DNA from: a virus
IMG/VR virus record: IMGVR_UViG_3300026532_000001
Reading direction: 5' to 3' (one strand)
Length of the DNA: 64,000 nucleotides
Each line of letters begins with the position of its first letter. Position 1 is the stretch's first letter. The translations under genes were made by a program, and so were the position numbers. Shown piece after piece: positions 52,501 through 61,243 of the stretch. The notes below the pieces were generated by a model. The model did no database searches, was not told the origin of the DNA, and saw only the letters and a list, made by a program, of their open reading frames with translations.

Positions 52501-52916
52501 GAGGTGCTATTAGTGATGTCGGCAGTTTCATTTCCTCTCATCTGCCGCATTCTCCAGCCAAACTCGGACCTTTGCGAGATCTTGAGCTGCAAGGATCGAT
52601 GATACCTAAGCAGATCTCAGAAGGTATTAAGGCAGGCAAACCAGTCCTGGACGCAACAATTAACTCTGAAATGCTCCATTCCTTCCGCTCACCCGGGCTC
52701 AATACCAGCATGGCAAGCTCATTTGTCGATAAAAGTCCATCCACCAGCAGCAGCTCGGTCGTGGTGAACAACAACACCATCAACGTTACCGTCAATGCTC
52801 CAGGTCGATCTCGCAATGAGGCGCAAGACATTGCAGACAAGGTAAAAGACGAACTAACAAAAGAACTGAATAGAAGTGGTGTTCTGGTATCGTGGGCGTC
52901 AGGAGGTAGAACTTGA
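49563..52916 (+). CDS. tail tape measure protein
   Basis: 1117 aa with a TP901-type core (ETGTATKDLTSAMFMINSSG) and long helical and hydrophobic segments. Confidence 0.9.
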   Translation: MADDLYLRIALEARDLASNIVKNVGKSLADLSGSGALAGSGLLLAAGGAALVAGAIASTIKPAADFQSQLTSLVTGAGELPRNLKMVGAGIQDIAVETGTATKDLTSAMFMINSSGKIGADGLLVLRAAAQGAKTDNADLTTVTKALTTIMTDYHLPASQAAAATNELIAAAKAGKMHMQDLAGSMGMVLPIAHSAHVSFADVGGALAMMTNAGMTAQRASQNLAFALRALEAPSGIAQSSMTDIGLKAQDLKDTLSTKGLPAALQLIEDHIGSKFPAGSIEATTALKNIMGGAAGLNVALQIGGENMDAYRKNVSSITAALKAGGTSVEGWDLVQQNLNTRMQQAQEVVEVLRIKIGTALLPMVTAIAGAIIPVITGFSNFISWLDKANMLVPILSGVLAGCAALILAVVIPALVSLAVAVIGATLPFYLVAAAIAAVVAAFIYFYNNSKPFKVFVDNSIVSVKSFAATLVNDLKPAMKTAENAFHSLQNEAQLAMFSIVDVVQQSTSKAKVSALSNTIEQKQKLIASYEEQRAHIQSEMIYFHDAVHINTLKAKLTAIKNAQDQAQGVVTAAAWQRISIEDEMKRLDPAVRMHTLQMKDVSISHSLAQAEGTVKNIAKQRAGIINEMHHAHTEGAMEALQLKLKSIDHAQKQADGVVAAITRQKNGVEQLIQQQGSILINEAIINGAIAMWQNLQTGTISAVRGIMPVLLWLWSGMQMLGSFIATQFKPVWDELVHVWQTQIVPAFSGLAPVVEPLKMLLGALAMVVGVVLVIALGVLVGAITGVAKGLAGLLIGVAQVVGGVIQIFGGLVQFFSGIVAFVVDLVTGQWGKLIPDLLVIWYGIENTVAGLVNVVTGLFWALVWGVWGLVSGFVMGIIGFFIHLYNALVGHSIIPDLVNGAIALFMQLNIRAVQLVMQLVMGVIGWFAQLPGRAVSFLWSLPGMIQSVWNTVIADATNAGANIVNGIANGIRGAIGAVGGAISDVGSFISSHLPHSPAKLGPLRDLELQGSMIPKQISEGIKAGKPVLDATINSEMLHSFRSPGLNTSMASSFVDKSPSTSSSSVVVNNNTINVTVNAPGRSRNEAQDIADKVKDELTKELNRSGVLVSWASGGRT

Positions 52917-55075
52917 CTTTAACGGTAGTGAATGGCAAGGACGTTACCAAATATGTACAAAACACGATAAACTTTGATCAAGCAATTAATGATCAGCTTC
53001 CAAAAGCTAATTTTGATGTGATAGACGACGGATGCTTGCTCTCATTTGATTGGGGTATGGAGTGTATACTCTGGGATGAGAATGCACCAAATGCACCTAC
53101 GTTCAATCCCGCTGTAACTGTACCAACAGTACCATCGCACAATATTCTACAGAATGCCATGACCATAAGCGGCTCTCCATGGTCAACATCTGGTGCACAC
53201 GCGGGGCTTATTTCGTACACGCAAGCATTCGAAATGCAGATGATCTTCAATAATAACGTGCTCGGAGCGGGACTACTCCAACAGACAACGCTTAATGGCT
53301 ATGTCCATCCCGGACAGAACTACATGCTCTCTGCTTACATCAACATCGCAACCGCACTGGTCAATTGCCGCACCGTGATGATAATTGAGTTCCTGGATAG
53401 CTCAGGCAATACGATCATAGGCAATTATGCCTTACGCGCATTTGGGGCACCAGTAGAGTATAGCAATAACGGCATCACGATCAACAATCAGGATGGAGTA
53501 CTCTCCAACACACGCGTCTCTCTTCAGGCGACTGCACCCCCGGGAGCTGCAAACATCCGGGTATCACTTGGTGGCGAAACCATGGTGGCTGGTAGCAACT
53601 CAGGTACGTTCAAAATTGCCACCTTCCAGTTAGAGCCGATGTATTTCTCCGACCCCTCTGTGGATTGGAATGTCAGCTACCCCACGCCTGACTGCAACTA
53701 CAACCAAGTGAACTGCTCGCAGATGCCAGACTTCACGGTCTCGCGCACCTGCCGTATCTTCTCAGGCTACATTGATGACTTCAATGTGGATTATGATGGC
53801 CCGAATCGCACATGGCACATCTCTTGTGCAGGACCTGGTGCGCAATTGGAGAATGGCAATATTAACGCGGTGTTCACTGGTCAGACCGATGCTACTATCC
53901 TCACCACACTGGTCAGCACCTATTTTGCTGGTCAGCTCTCGACTGTTGCGCCCAATAGCAGTAGCGCGGCTCCTATCCAAACAGGCATCACAGAGGATAA
54001 CATCACTTATGGTGACAATTCACTCAGAGAAGTAGCCAACGGTCTTACTGATAAATCTGGGTTTGTCTCTTTTGTAGACATGTACTACACTTTGCGTTAT
54101 CAACCTTCATTCTACAATGTCGCCTCTTTCACTCTTGTTGAAGCACCGGATGAATCAGCCTCTTTTCCCTACTCTGTGTACAACTACAAGAAAGATGGAA
54201 CACAGGTAAAGAGGCGCATTAAGATCACGGGTGGCAAATTCATTGCAACGGCTTTTGAGCAATTCAGCGGAAATGGCACAAATAAGATATTTACATTGGC
54301 AAACACACCATATTCAATGAATTCGCTTGTGTCGGCTGGTGTAACTCAGAGGGTGGGTATTGCAGGCAGGGATGGATTTACAGGTCAGTACGATGTATTG
54401 ATGAATAAGACTGCCAGGACGTTGCAATTTAACGCTGCACCGCCCAGCGGTACGAACAACATCACTGCGGTCTATGGCTATGAAGCCCCGGTGAGCACGC
54501 AGGCTATTATGCAAGGCTCAGGGCTGCCTTCGCTACCTGCCTATGCTATCCCGCTCTTTGACAGCAAAGTCAACGACACGAACATTATCAGCTTGACCAG
54601 TGCGACCCAGCGAGGTCTAGCGGAAATTGCCAAGAGCGGGAACCCAAGGGAGATCATCAAGGCAACTTCTGAGGTGTTCGCACCAGCAGGCGTAGCAGTC
54701 TACATCACGCATCAGAGGAACGGCATTATCAATAAGCCATATGTCATTCAGAGCGTGCACGGGCGCTACCTTGGGAACGGTATCAATGAGTATGATTATG
54801 TATTAGGCTCATTCAATCCTTCCATCATAGATCATCTGAGAAATGCTAACAAAGCCATGAATAGGAGCATAACGGTTAGCGGGGTAACAGCTCCTCAACA
54901 GGTGGATGTGGTAGCAATCGAAACTATATCCTATCGAGACTCTATTAGTGCTGTACCAGTGGCAAATTATGCAGTAGGGGTTTATGGGACTGGTTTATAT
55001 GGTCAGTGTAGTTATGGTGGGCAAACAGGTGTTTACGGAGTTGCGCAATATGGTAGATCGACAATTTACGGGTAG
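52913..55075 (+). CDS. distal tail / tail fibre-like protein
   Basis: 720 aa, immediately after the tape measure, beta-rich. Confidence 0.55.
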   Translation: MTLTVVNGKDVTKYVQNTINFDQAINDQLPKANFDVIDDGCLLSFDWGMECILWDENAPNAPTFNPAVTVPTVPSHNILQNAMTISGSPWSTSGAHAGLISYTQAFEMQMIFNNNVLGAGLLQQTTLNGYVHPGQNYMLSAYINIATALVNCRTVMIIEFLDSSGNTIIGNYALRAFGAPVEYSNNGITINNQDGVLSNTRVSLQATAPPGAANIRVSLGGETMVAGSNSGTFKIATFQLEPMYFSDPSVDWNVSYPTPDCNYNQVNCSQMPDFTVSRTCRIFSGYIDDFNVDYDGPNRTWHISCAGPGAQLENGNINAVFTGQTDATILTTLVSTYFAGQLSTVAPNSSSAAPIQTGITEDNITYGDNSLREVANGLTDKSGFVSFVDMYYTLRYQPSFYNVASFTLVEAPDESASFPYSVYNYKKDGTQVKRRIKITGGKFIATAFEQFSGNGTNKIFTLANTPYSMNSLVSAGVTQRVGIAGRDGFTGQYDVLMNKTARTLQFNAAPPSGTNNITAVYGYEAPVSTQAIMQGSGLPSLPAYAIPLFDSKVNDTNIISLTSATQRGLAEIAKSGNPREIIKATSEVFAPAGVAVYITHQRNGIINKPYVIQSVHGRYLGNGINEYDYVLGSFNPSIIDHLRNANKAMNRSITVSGVTAPQQVDVVAIETISYRDSISAVPVANYAVGVYGTGLYGQCSYGGQTGVYGVAQYGRSTIYG

Positions 55076-55077
55076 CT

Positions 55078-55614
55078 ATGTTTAAGAGAAGAAAATACAC
55101 AATAGAAGAGCATATCAAGTTCACAGGCATCGTTAAGGCGCGTGAGTTGCCCGCTGGCTGTACGCGGGAAGACTTCCTAGGCTGGTGGCCTAGACTTTCT
55201 GAAAAGGAGAGGGAGCGCTATACCGCTTATGAGCATAAAAATATTTTAACAAATAGTGGCAGAAATCAGCTATTAAATTTCATAGCATCAAATAATGTCG
55301 TTGTTGGCGCATTTGCTCAATACTTTGCGGTGGGAACCTTCCCCATCACGTCGGTTAGTCCTGGGGATACTCAGGTCCAAACCGAGATTTTCAGAGCCGT
55401 GCCGACATTGATCACGCTTACAGGTCAGCAAGTGAACATCTCGACCTATTTCGGCCCCAGTCAGGCTAACGGGAACTATACAAATTGTGGATTGTGGGGA
55501 ATTAATGCAAGTGCCACTTTGAGCAGCGGTACGCTCATGACGCACGCGTTATACACATACAGTAAAATTAACAATCAGGCCATAACTAATGATTACCTTC
55601 ATGTCGTGCAATAG
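55078..55614 (+). CDS. tail-associated protein
   Basis: 178 aa in the tail module. Confidence 0.45.
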   Translation: MFKRRKYTIEEHIKFTGIVKARELPAGCTREDFLGWWPRLSEKERERYTAYEHKNILTNSGRNQLLNFIASNNVVVGAFAQYFAVGTFPITSVSPGDTQVQTEIFRAVPTLITLTGQQVNISTYFGPSQANGNYTNCGLWGINASATLSSGTLMTHALYTYSKINNQAITNDYLHVVQ

Positions 55615-55713
55615 GAAGCAAAAGGTGGCATTATATTGTCAAGTCAACTAAAAGTAAAAAATATAGCTCAAACATTTTATTTGTTTGAGCTATCACATAG
55701 GGAAATTGAGAGA

Positions 55714-56670
55714 TTAGACACCTCTACGTTGACGAGCTGTCATTTCAGAGGGCAGCTTCTTGCCCTTTCTCCTATTACAGACATGGTGAGTTGCTGCAAG
55801 GTTCTCCTCGCTATGAGGTCCTCCGCGAACAATGGGGATCACGTGGTCAAAATCAATCTTATGATGAGGGAGAATAGGCTTTTCGCAGATATAGCAAATG
55901 CCGTTACTCTTTGCAAGAACGCTTCTGTAATTTACTTTGCCAGTAGTGACTCTCTTCTTGAATGCATATCTCCTTCTGCTATATTCTATTACTTTCAAAG
56001 AGTTTTCTTTTCTCCAATTCTTTGTGTACTCAGACATCAACAGCGGATTCTCTGCTTTCCACCTTTCGTTGAGAGCGCGATGCGCATCCTTGTTATTCCT
56101 GTACCATCTCTTCCCTGTTTCAAGTCTACGTTGCCTGTTAGCAGGAATTGCATAAGAATCACGGTTATGCGTTTGTGTGCACTCTTTGCACCAGATATTA
56201 TAACCAGATTTATTGCGATTGTCCTTGGTAAATTCGCTAAATGGCTTCTCAGCCCGACATTGGGAACAAACCTTCCCACCATTCAATGCTGCAGGCAAAG
56301 GCTGTATTTTCCTTCCCTCCCTATCAGCACGGACCTGTCCTGCCTCGCTAATACATGTTTTGCAATGAGACGTATACCCACCTGTGTCTTTACGCTTGTG
56401 GAATTCCGTGATCGGTTGCTCTATAAGGCATCTGGAACAAACCTTCCCACCAGCCACAGCTTTAGGTTTGTTTCTAACAGGCACATAGTGTTCTTGGTGA
56501 TACTCTTTACTATTTGCCCGAATGCAGTCTTTGCAGCGAGCCGAGCATCCATGCTTACCACGGATATCCGCATAGAAGTCTTCAAGGGGCTTTTCTATCT
56601 GGCATTGCTTACAAACCTTGCCAGTAACAAAAAGAGGGAGTTGTTGAGCAGTATGATATGCTTCATTCAT
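55714..56670 (-). CDS. free-standing HNH homing endonuclease with tandem Zn-ribbon modules
   Basis: GKVCxxCxxEKPxxxF repeats. HNH core IDFDHVIPIVRGGPHSEENLAATHHVCNRRKGKK. Confidence 0.85.
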   Translation of the reverse strand: MNEAYHTAQQLPLFVTGKVCKQCQIEKPLEDFYADIRGKHGCSARCKDCIRANSKEYHQEHYVPVRNKPKAVAGGKVCSRCLIEQPITEFHKRKDTGGYTSHCKTCISEAGQVRADREGRKIQPLPAALNGGKVCSQCRAEKPFSEFTKDNRNKSGYNIWCKECTQTHNRDSYAIPANRQRRLETGKRWYRNNKDAHRALNERWKAENPLLMSEYTKNWRKENSLKVIEYSRRRYAFKKRVTTGKVNYRSVLAKSNGICYICEKPILPHHKIDFDHVIPIVRGGPHSEENLAATHHVCNRRKGKKLPSEMTARQRRGV

Positions 56671-56754
56671 GACGAAAAATCTCCAATCAGATTTAGTAGT
56701 CTAGGGCCTAGAGCGTGCTACCAACATGTTCTAGGGCCATTTTGTTGTGCCTCC

Positions 56755-56763
56755 ATTATACCT
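56755..56763 (-). promoter_or_regulatory. -10 element AGGTATAAT for HNH 55714..56670
   Basis: Minus strand GAGGTATAAT. Followed by a 5'-UTR hairpin ggccctaga...tctaggccc. Confidence 0.45.
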
Positions 56764-56798
56764 CATCAATCCCCATTTGTCTATCAAGGAGGTGCTTT

Positions 56799-57355
56799 TT
56801 GGCCCTAAATACCGTAACTACCGGAAACACCGTGCTCGCCGCTGACGTTAGGTTTGGCGTCCCTTGTCGGTAACGACATTGCAAAATCCTGGCTAAACGG
56901 GGAACGCTGAGATGCCAATCCCGTGCTAAATCAAATGCCGAGAGACTATACACCAGGCTCCCTAACGGGATGAAGATAGAGTCCGATCTTACAGGAAATG
57001 AACTGTAAGAGTGTAGCAGAAATGACTACATCCATCTCACATGAGATGAGTAACAAGAAGCAATCAATTGGTGCAAGTTTTGCAACGTGGTTCAGGACAG
57101 ACAGAGGCTGGTAAATGGTTTCTTTTCAGTGGGGGCTATCAAAACGGGTGGATTGTGAGCCAGTACATTGTTTCGCTCTCCAGAAACAGTACACCAAGCT
57201 CTGTAACTGTCGATACTGCCGATCAGGCTCCTACCCAGGCAGCAGGGACAGTTGCAACACAAAATCTTACTGCAAATGGCTTTGTAGTAGATTATGGCGT
57301 CAACGGGCTTACAAACACATCACGGGCAGGTGGGAATTACACCATACAATATTAA
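56799..57355 (+). CDS. intron-interrupted tail fibre-like gene, join(56799..56848,57061..57355), 114 aa
   Basis: AAGGAGG (56786-56792) lies 6 nt before TTG 56799. Exon 1 reads MALNTVTTGNTVLAADV. Splicing gives ...AADV|NQLVQVLQRGSG... in frame. Confidence 0.6.
56849..57060 (+). ncRNA. group I self-splicing intron (IA2, T4 td-like core), 212 nt, no ORF
   Basis: Core strings CTAAACGGGGAAC, CAATCCCGTGCTAAAT, AAATGCC and GACTAT...GATAGAGTC match what I recall of the T4 td intron. Pairings: P1 56844-48/56857-61 with a U-G wobble at the splice site; P3 56888-92/56953-57; P4 56897-902/56919-24; P9 hairpins. The last nucleotide is G 57060. Confidence 0.75.
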
Positions 57356-57370
57356 TTTTGGAGGTGATAC

Positions 57371-57460
57371 ATGAGAAGAATAGTTGTACACGCTATATGG
57401 ATTGCAGCACTTCTATTGTTCGCTTTTGAGCTATTTCACGGCTTATCACTCTTAGGATAG
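57371..57460 (+). CDS. small hydrophobic peptide (29 aa)
   Basis: GGAGGTGA SD. Translation is MRRIVVHAIWIAALLLFAFELFHGLSLLG. Below the ORF-track cutoff. Confidence 0.3.
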   Translation: MRRIVVHAIWIAALLLFAFELFHGLSLLG

Positions 57461-57465
57461 GAAAC

Positions 57466-58002
57466 ATGACAATACAAGCAATAACACAAGAAGGAATGCT
57501 GCACTGGACATGCATGGGGATGCAAATGGAGTGCCAGGAGCCTCTTTCAGCACACGTGTCAGAAGCTCGGTATGTTGGAGAAGCACAAGGGGCTGTAATC
57601 CACCTTCCACCTTGTTCAGCATGTGGTGGTGTATGCCAACTCAAAGCAGACTACAGCTTAAAAGAGCTGTTCAAGGAAACATTAACGATTGTAGACAATA
57701 TGGGCAATATCAAAGGGTATGCTATGCCGCTGCAATATTCTCGCAATCTGCTCATACACCACATGCTCTATCAGATGGGCAAAGCTGAGCATGCTCCAGT
57801 GTTGCCGATGCCAAACGAGGGATTTCTTGAGATGATGGTGCCGCTAGGGAATGCGGATCTGGCTTATTCCCTCTGGTTTTCGTGGGCGTTGCTGAGGGAG
57901 CGAGGGCAGATGGTAGCAAGCTTCGATCAATTCTTTTTAGGCTTCTCCGAGGGACTGGCTTTGCCGAAAGGAGGTTCTCATGCCAATCAAATCGATACAT
58001 GA
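57466..58002 (+). CDS. hypothetical Cys-containing protein
   Basis: 178 aa with CSACGGVC. Confidence 0.45.
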   Translation: MTIQAITQEGMLHWTCMGMQMECQEPLSAHVSEARYVGEAQGAVIHLPPCSACGGVCQLKADYSLKELFKETLTIVDNMGNIKGYAMPLQYSRNLLIHHMLYQMGKAEHAPVLPMPNEGFLEMMVPLGNADLAYSLWFSWALLRERGQMVASFDQFFLGFSEGLALPKGGSHANQIDT

Positions 58003-58369
58003 TGATGGGCACATATACAACAAATGTGTGAAATGTGGAAAGGATGTAACTCTGCACATATCTGATACACAATTGCAATATGTAGAAGGTTCAGATATGG
58101 TACAGCTTCCACCATGCCCGGGGTGTGGCTCTATCACCTCGCTCAGGACAGAGTTCACCGAGGAGGAAATGCAGGCCGACAACTTGATCACCTACGGCAT
58201 GATCCCGGAGCAACAGGTCCTGCCTCACGCGATCACTGGAGAGCCCATTCCTGTCATGATACCAGCCTACAAGCCCATTGGGGCGAATCCAATTGTAGAG
58301 CAGGCTGGGGAGCTGAAGAGGCAATTGGAGAAGGTAAACAAGAAGTCGCAGAGAGATAAGGACAAGTAG
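57980..58369 (+). CDS. zinc-ribbon protein
   Basis: AAAGGAGG SD. Contains KCVKCGK...CPGCGS. Confidence 0.5.
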   Translation: MPIKSIHDDGHIYNKCVKCGKDVTLHISDTQLQYVEGSDMVQLPPCPGCGSITSLRTEFTEEEMQADNLITYGMIPEQQVLPHAITGEPIPVMIPAYKPIGANPIVEQAGELKRQLEKVNKKSQRDKDK

Positions 58370-58371
58370 AT

Positions 58372-58995
58372 ATGGCATTCTCAGGACAATTAGTAGATCA
58401 GAGTGGGAGACCTATCAGCACCGGATACCTTCCCGATGGCGGCTTCACGGCGGTTGCATCCTCGCGAATGAAATTCACGGATGGTCAGCCTAACATCTCT
58501 GCTGGCGTCGTGACTGCTGACCAGATCAAAGAAGCAATCATGAACGGGCAAGGCTATAGCGCTACAACGGATAGTGTAAGTAACGCGGGTAACAGTGCTA
58601 CCGCTGGTTTCTCGATATTCAATGGCTCAGGAAGCGGAAAGAGCATCTTCATCTACAGCCTGACCTTCTTTGATAACGCTTTTAACGGGTCTCACCTTTT
58701 GAAGCTTGTTACCTCTAACCCTGCATTAGCAACAACAATCACGCCAAGAAACCGCAAGGCTGGCGGGGCTGCGTCGGCAATAGCGACTACTGTTACATTC
58801 CTGAACACTGGCTATACCCCGACCGGGACAACCATAGATATCTTTGCCTGTAGCGATACAGGTATGAATGATTTCTTGCAGGATAAAGGTATCCTTTTGC
58901 CACAGGGGAGTAACAACGGGCTGGTATTCGCTCCGTTCTTTTTTGCGACACAAACGCACTTCTTTGGTATCACAGCTCATTGGATTGAGTTCTAG
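58372..58995 (+). CDS. hypothetical beta-rich structural protein
   Basis: 207 aa. Composition and layout resemble 40691..41263. Confidence 0.45.
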   Translation: MAFSGQLVDQSGRPISTGYLPDGGFTAVASSRMKFTDGQPNISAGVVTADQIKEAIMNGQGYSATTDSVSNAGNSATAGFSIFNGSGSGKSIFIYSLTFFDNAFNGSHLLKLVTSNPALATTITPRNRKAGGAASAIATTVTFLNTGYTPTGTTIDIFACSDTGMNDFLQDKGILLPQGSNNGLVFAPFFFATQTHFFGITAHWIEF

Positions 58996-59014
58996 TTTAG
59001 AAAGGAAAATAACC

Positions 59015-59374
59015 ATGAAATCAGTTACACGAACAGTTTTAGACGACACTTTAACAAGTGTCACATCCTATTCTTCAGGGCCTCTCTTTGTAGGAGATCT
59101 TTATGAGTTGGCTATGGATGTCAACATGACAGGAGCAGTTGGCGCAGGTGGATATGGCTTTAGTGTCTATAGAATAGCAGCAGATGGGTCGCTCTATCCT
59201 GTAGGATCGTGCAATTTCCAGTTTGGAGGCACTGGCATTTCATCAATAAGTATCGGCGCTGGGCTTCAAACGAACAATGTCCCCGGAGTAGCCTTTGGAG
59301 ATCAGATACAAATTGATTTGCTGAACGCAAGCGGGGTAACCCTCACTGGCAGAATTTCTGTCCTAGGGAAATAG
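59015..59374 (+). CDS. hypothetical protein
   Basis: Start placed at MKSVTRT with AAAGGAAAA upstream. Confidence 0.45.
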   Translation: MKSVTRTVLDDTLTSVTSYSSGPLFVGDLYELAMDVNMTGAVGAGGYGFSVYRIAADGSLYPVGSCNFQFGGTGISSISIGAGLQTNNVPGVAFGDQIQIDLLNASGVTLTGRISVLGK

Positions 59375-59430
59375 CAAGCTTTACGGGTAAATCATTAAAT
59401 GGGTTGAATACTAGATAGGAGGTGATCTTA

Positions 59431-60558
59431 GTGACAACAGCTCAGTTTTGTGACCTATCGCAATTCCAACCTGTAAATATAGACTGGCAGGCATATAAGG
59501 CTTGGTCAGCATCTGGGGATGGTGTGAGTCGCGTTGCACTGCGCTCTTCATATGGAGTTGGCTACAAAGATCAGCATTTTGATGTATATAGGGCAGGGGC
59601 TTTGTCAGCAGGCATTGATATACTCATACTGTATCATTATGCGTACTCTCAATACAATAATCCTGTAGATGAAGCAAATTGGCAGAAGCAAGTTGTGGGA
59701 GACATCAGAGGAGAGGACATGCTTGTCTTGGACTTTGAGGAGAATGTCATACAAGCTACAGCATATTGGGCGCATATGTGGCTCCAGACACAAGAGGCTA
59801 ATTATGGCGGCAAGCTTCCGGGGATCTATGCGAGCAGTGCCTATATACAGGATAGATTACAAGATACCCGACTTGCCCGTTACCCGCTCTGGCTCGCAAA
59901 CTGGCGATTTACCCCAGATGAGAGGCCACCTGTCCCAGCTCCCTGGACATCGTACGAATTTGTCCAGTATAGCGACCGTGAGACTAGCATCCCCGGGGTC
60001 CCAGGAACCGTTGACGCCAACATTTTCTTAGGCGTCAAGCCACAACAACCACAGGAGGAACAACCTATGATGATTGGATTGGATAATTCAGTAGTCTCGC
60101 AATTTTTTGATGGCGATGATACTGCGTGGCGATGTAAGCAAACAGGCTACACTATCGACCACGGGGGGCTCACGTTCTACCGGACATTCGGCAATAGCGG
60201 GCTATGCGGATTGACGCATATGGGACTGCCGACAAGCGGGCCTATTGGAGTTGCCAACAAGCCTGGAGTAGTCTACCAGAGGTTCGAAAGGGTTGTGCTC
60301 GTTTTTGATGAGACGCGCGCAAATGACCATCCCCCGGGGGCTGCAGGACAGTTCTACCTCGGTCATATCGACCAGGGGCCATTTCAGGACCCCCGGATGG
60401 CGCCTTTGCAAAAGCAGGTCAACGACTTAATAGATGAGAATGCCGCGCTGCAGAAGCAACTTGAGTCAGGGCAGACCATACCGCAGGATGTCATAGATGA
60501 TATCAAGATCTTGATTGGAAATGCGCAGAAGCTTCAGAAAGATGCAGGCGTGGTATGA
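59431..60558 (+). CDS. GH25 muramidase endolysin with C-terminal binding and coiled-coil regions
   Basis: DLSQFQPVNIDW...RVALRSSYG...DQHF...AGIDILILYHYAY fits the GH25 pattern. GTG 59431 has better SD spacing than GTG 59422. Confidence 0.7.
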   Translation: MTTAQFCDLSQFQPVNIDWQAYKAWSASGDGVSRVALRSSYGVGYKDQHFDVYRAGALSAGIDILILYHYAYSQYNNPVDEANWQKQVVGDIRGEDMLVLDFEENVIQATAYWAHMWLQTQEANYGGKLPGIYASSAYIQDRLQDTRLARYPLWLANWRFTPDERPPVPAPWTSYEFVQYSDRETSIPGVPGTVDANIFLGVKPQQPQEEQPMMIGLDNSVVSQFFDGDDTAWRCKQTGYTIDHGGLTFYRTFGNSGLCGLTHMGLPTSGPIGVANKPGVVYQRFERVVLVFDETRANDHPPGAAGQFYLGHIDQGPFQDPRMAPLQKQVNDLIDENAALQKQLESGQTIPQDVIDDIKILIGNAQKLQKDAGVV

Positions 60559-60893
60559 ATGCTCAAACAATCAATACAATCATCTTCATCTTTGGGGTAT
60601 TCATTGCTGTTTTCGCTGCTCTCTACATTATCTTCATCGTTAAGCAGCGACTCCCTGAGCATACGCGGGTCGCGCTCGAGCAATTTGCACGTCAGGCTGT
60701 ATGGCAAGTTGAGCAACAGTCAGGCTCTCTTTCCGGTCCAGCCAAGAAGGAGCTCGCAGTTGCCTCTGCAGCCAAGCTCTTCGCTGCATTTGGACTACCA
60801 GCTCCACCCGCCATAGCTGTGGATATTGCTATTGAGGCTGCTGTGTACCTGCTAAGAAAGAGTAATAATCCAACTCCCAAGCAAAGCGGGTAA
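60555..60893 (+). CDS. holin-like membrane protein
   Basis: N-terminal TM helix IIFIFGVFIAVFAALYIIFIV; follows the endolysin with an ATGA overlap. Confidence 0.5.
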   Translation: MNAQTINTIIFIFGVFIAVFAALYIIFIVKQRLPEHTRVALEQFARQAVWQVEQQSGSLSGPAKKELAVASAAKLFAAFGLPAPPAIAVDIAIEAAVYLLRKSNNPTPKQSG

Positions 60894-60898
60894 CACAC

Positions 60899-61243
60899 AT
60901 GCAAGCAATCGCCCAGGGCCTCAACGCCTATGCTGGTTTCTTCAGCATGCTCATTGTCTGCATTGGCGCATACTTTGCGAGCAAGTCGCTCTCCAGGAGC
61001 AAGAACAATGAGGATGCAAATAACGCACAACAACGCGCAATCAATGCAATGAATGTAGAGATCAGCATGCTCACCAGAAGAGTAGATGATACTGCAAAGG
61101 AGAATGCACATTTGAAGCGTACCATAGATACAGTGCGCATTGCATTAGAGAAAAGGGGATTTGTCATCACAATATCTGACGATGCCGTAGATATTGAGGA
61201 TAGCAAGAGGAGTACAACTATTCGCATACAAGAGGATATCTGA
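60899..61243 (+). CDS. membrane-anchored coiled-coil protein (holin/spanin-like)
   Basis: N-terminal TM helix FFSMLIVCIGAYFA followed by a helical region. Confidence 0.4.
   Translation: MQAIAQGLNAYAGFFSMLIVCIGAYFASKSLSRSKNNEDANNAQQRAINAMNVEISMLTRRVDDTAKENAHLKRTIDTVRIALEKRGFVITISDDAVDIEDSKRSTTIRIQEDI

Noticed and set aside
57068-57355. A stand-alone 95-aa TTG-start ORF.
   Set aside because: It has no SD. The frame is open from 57050, and it joins in frame to exon 1 (56799..56848) when the group I intron is removed.
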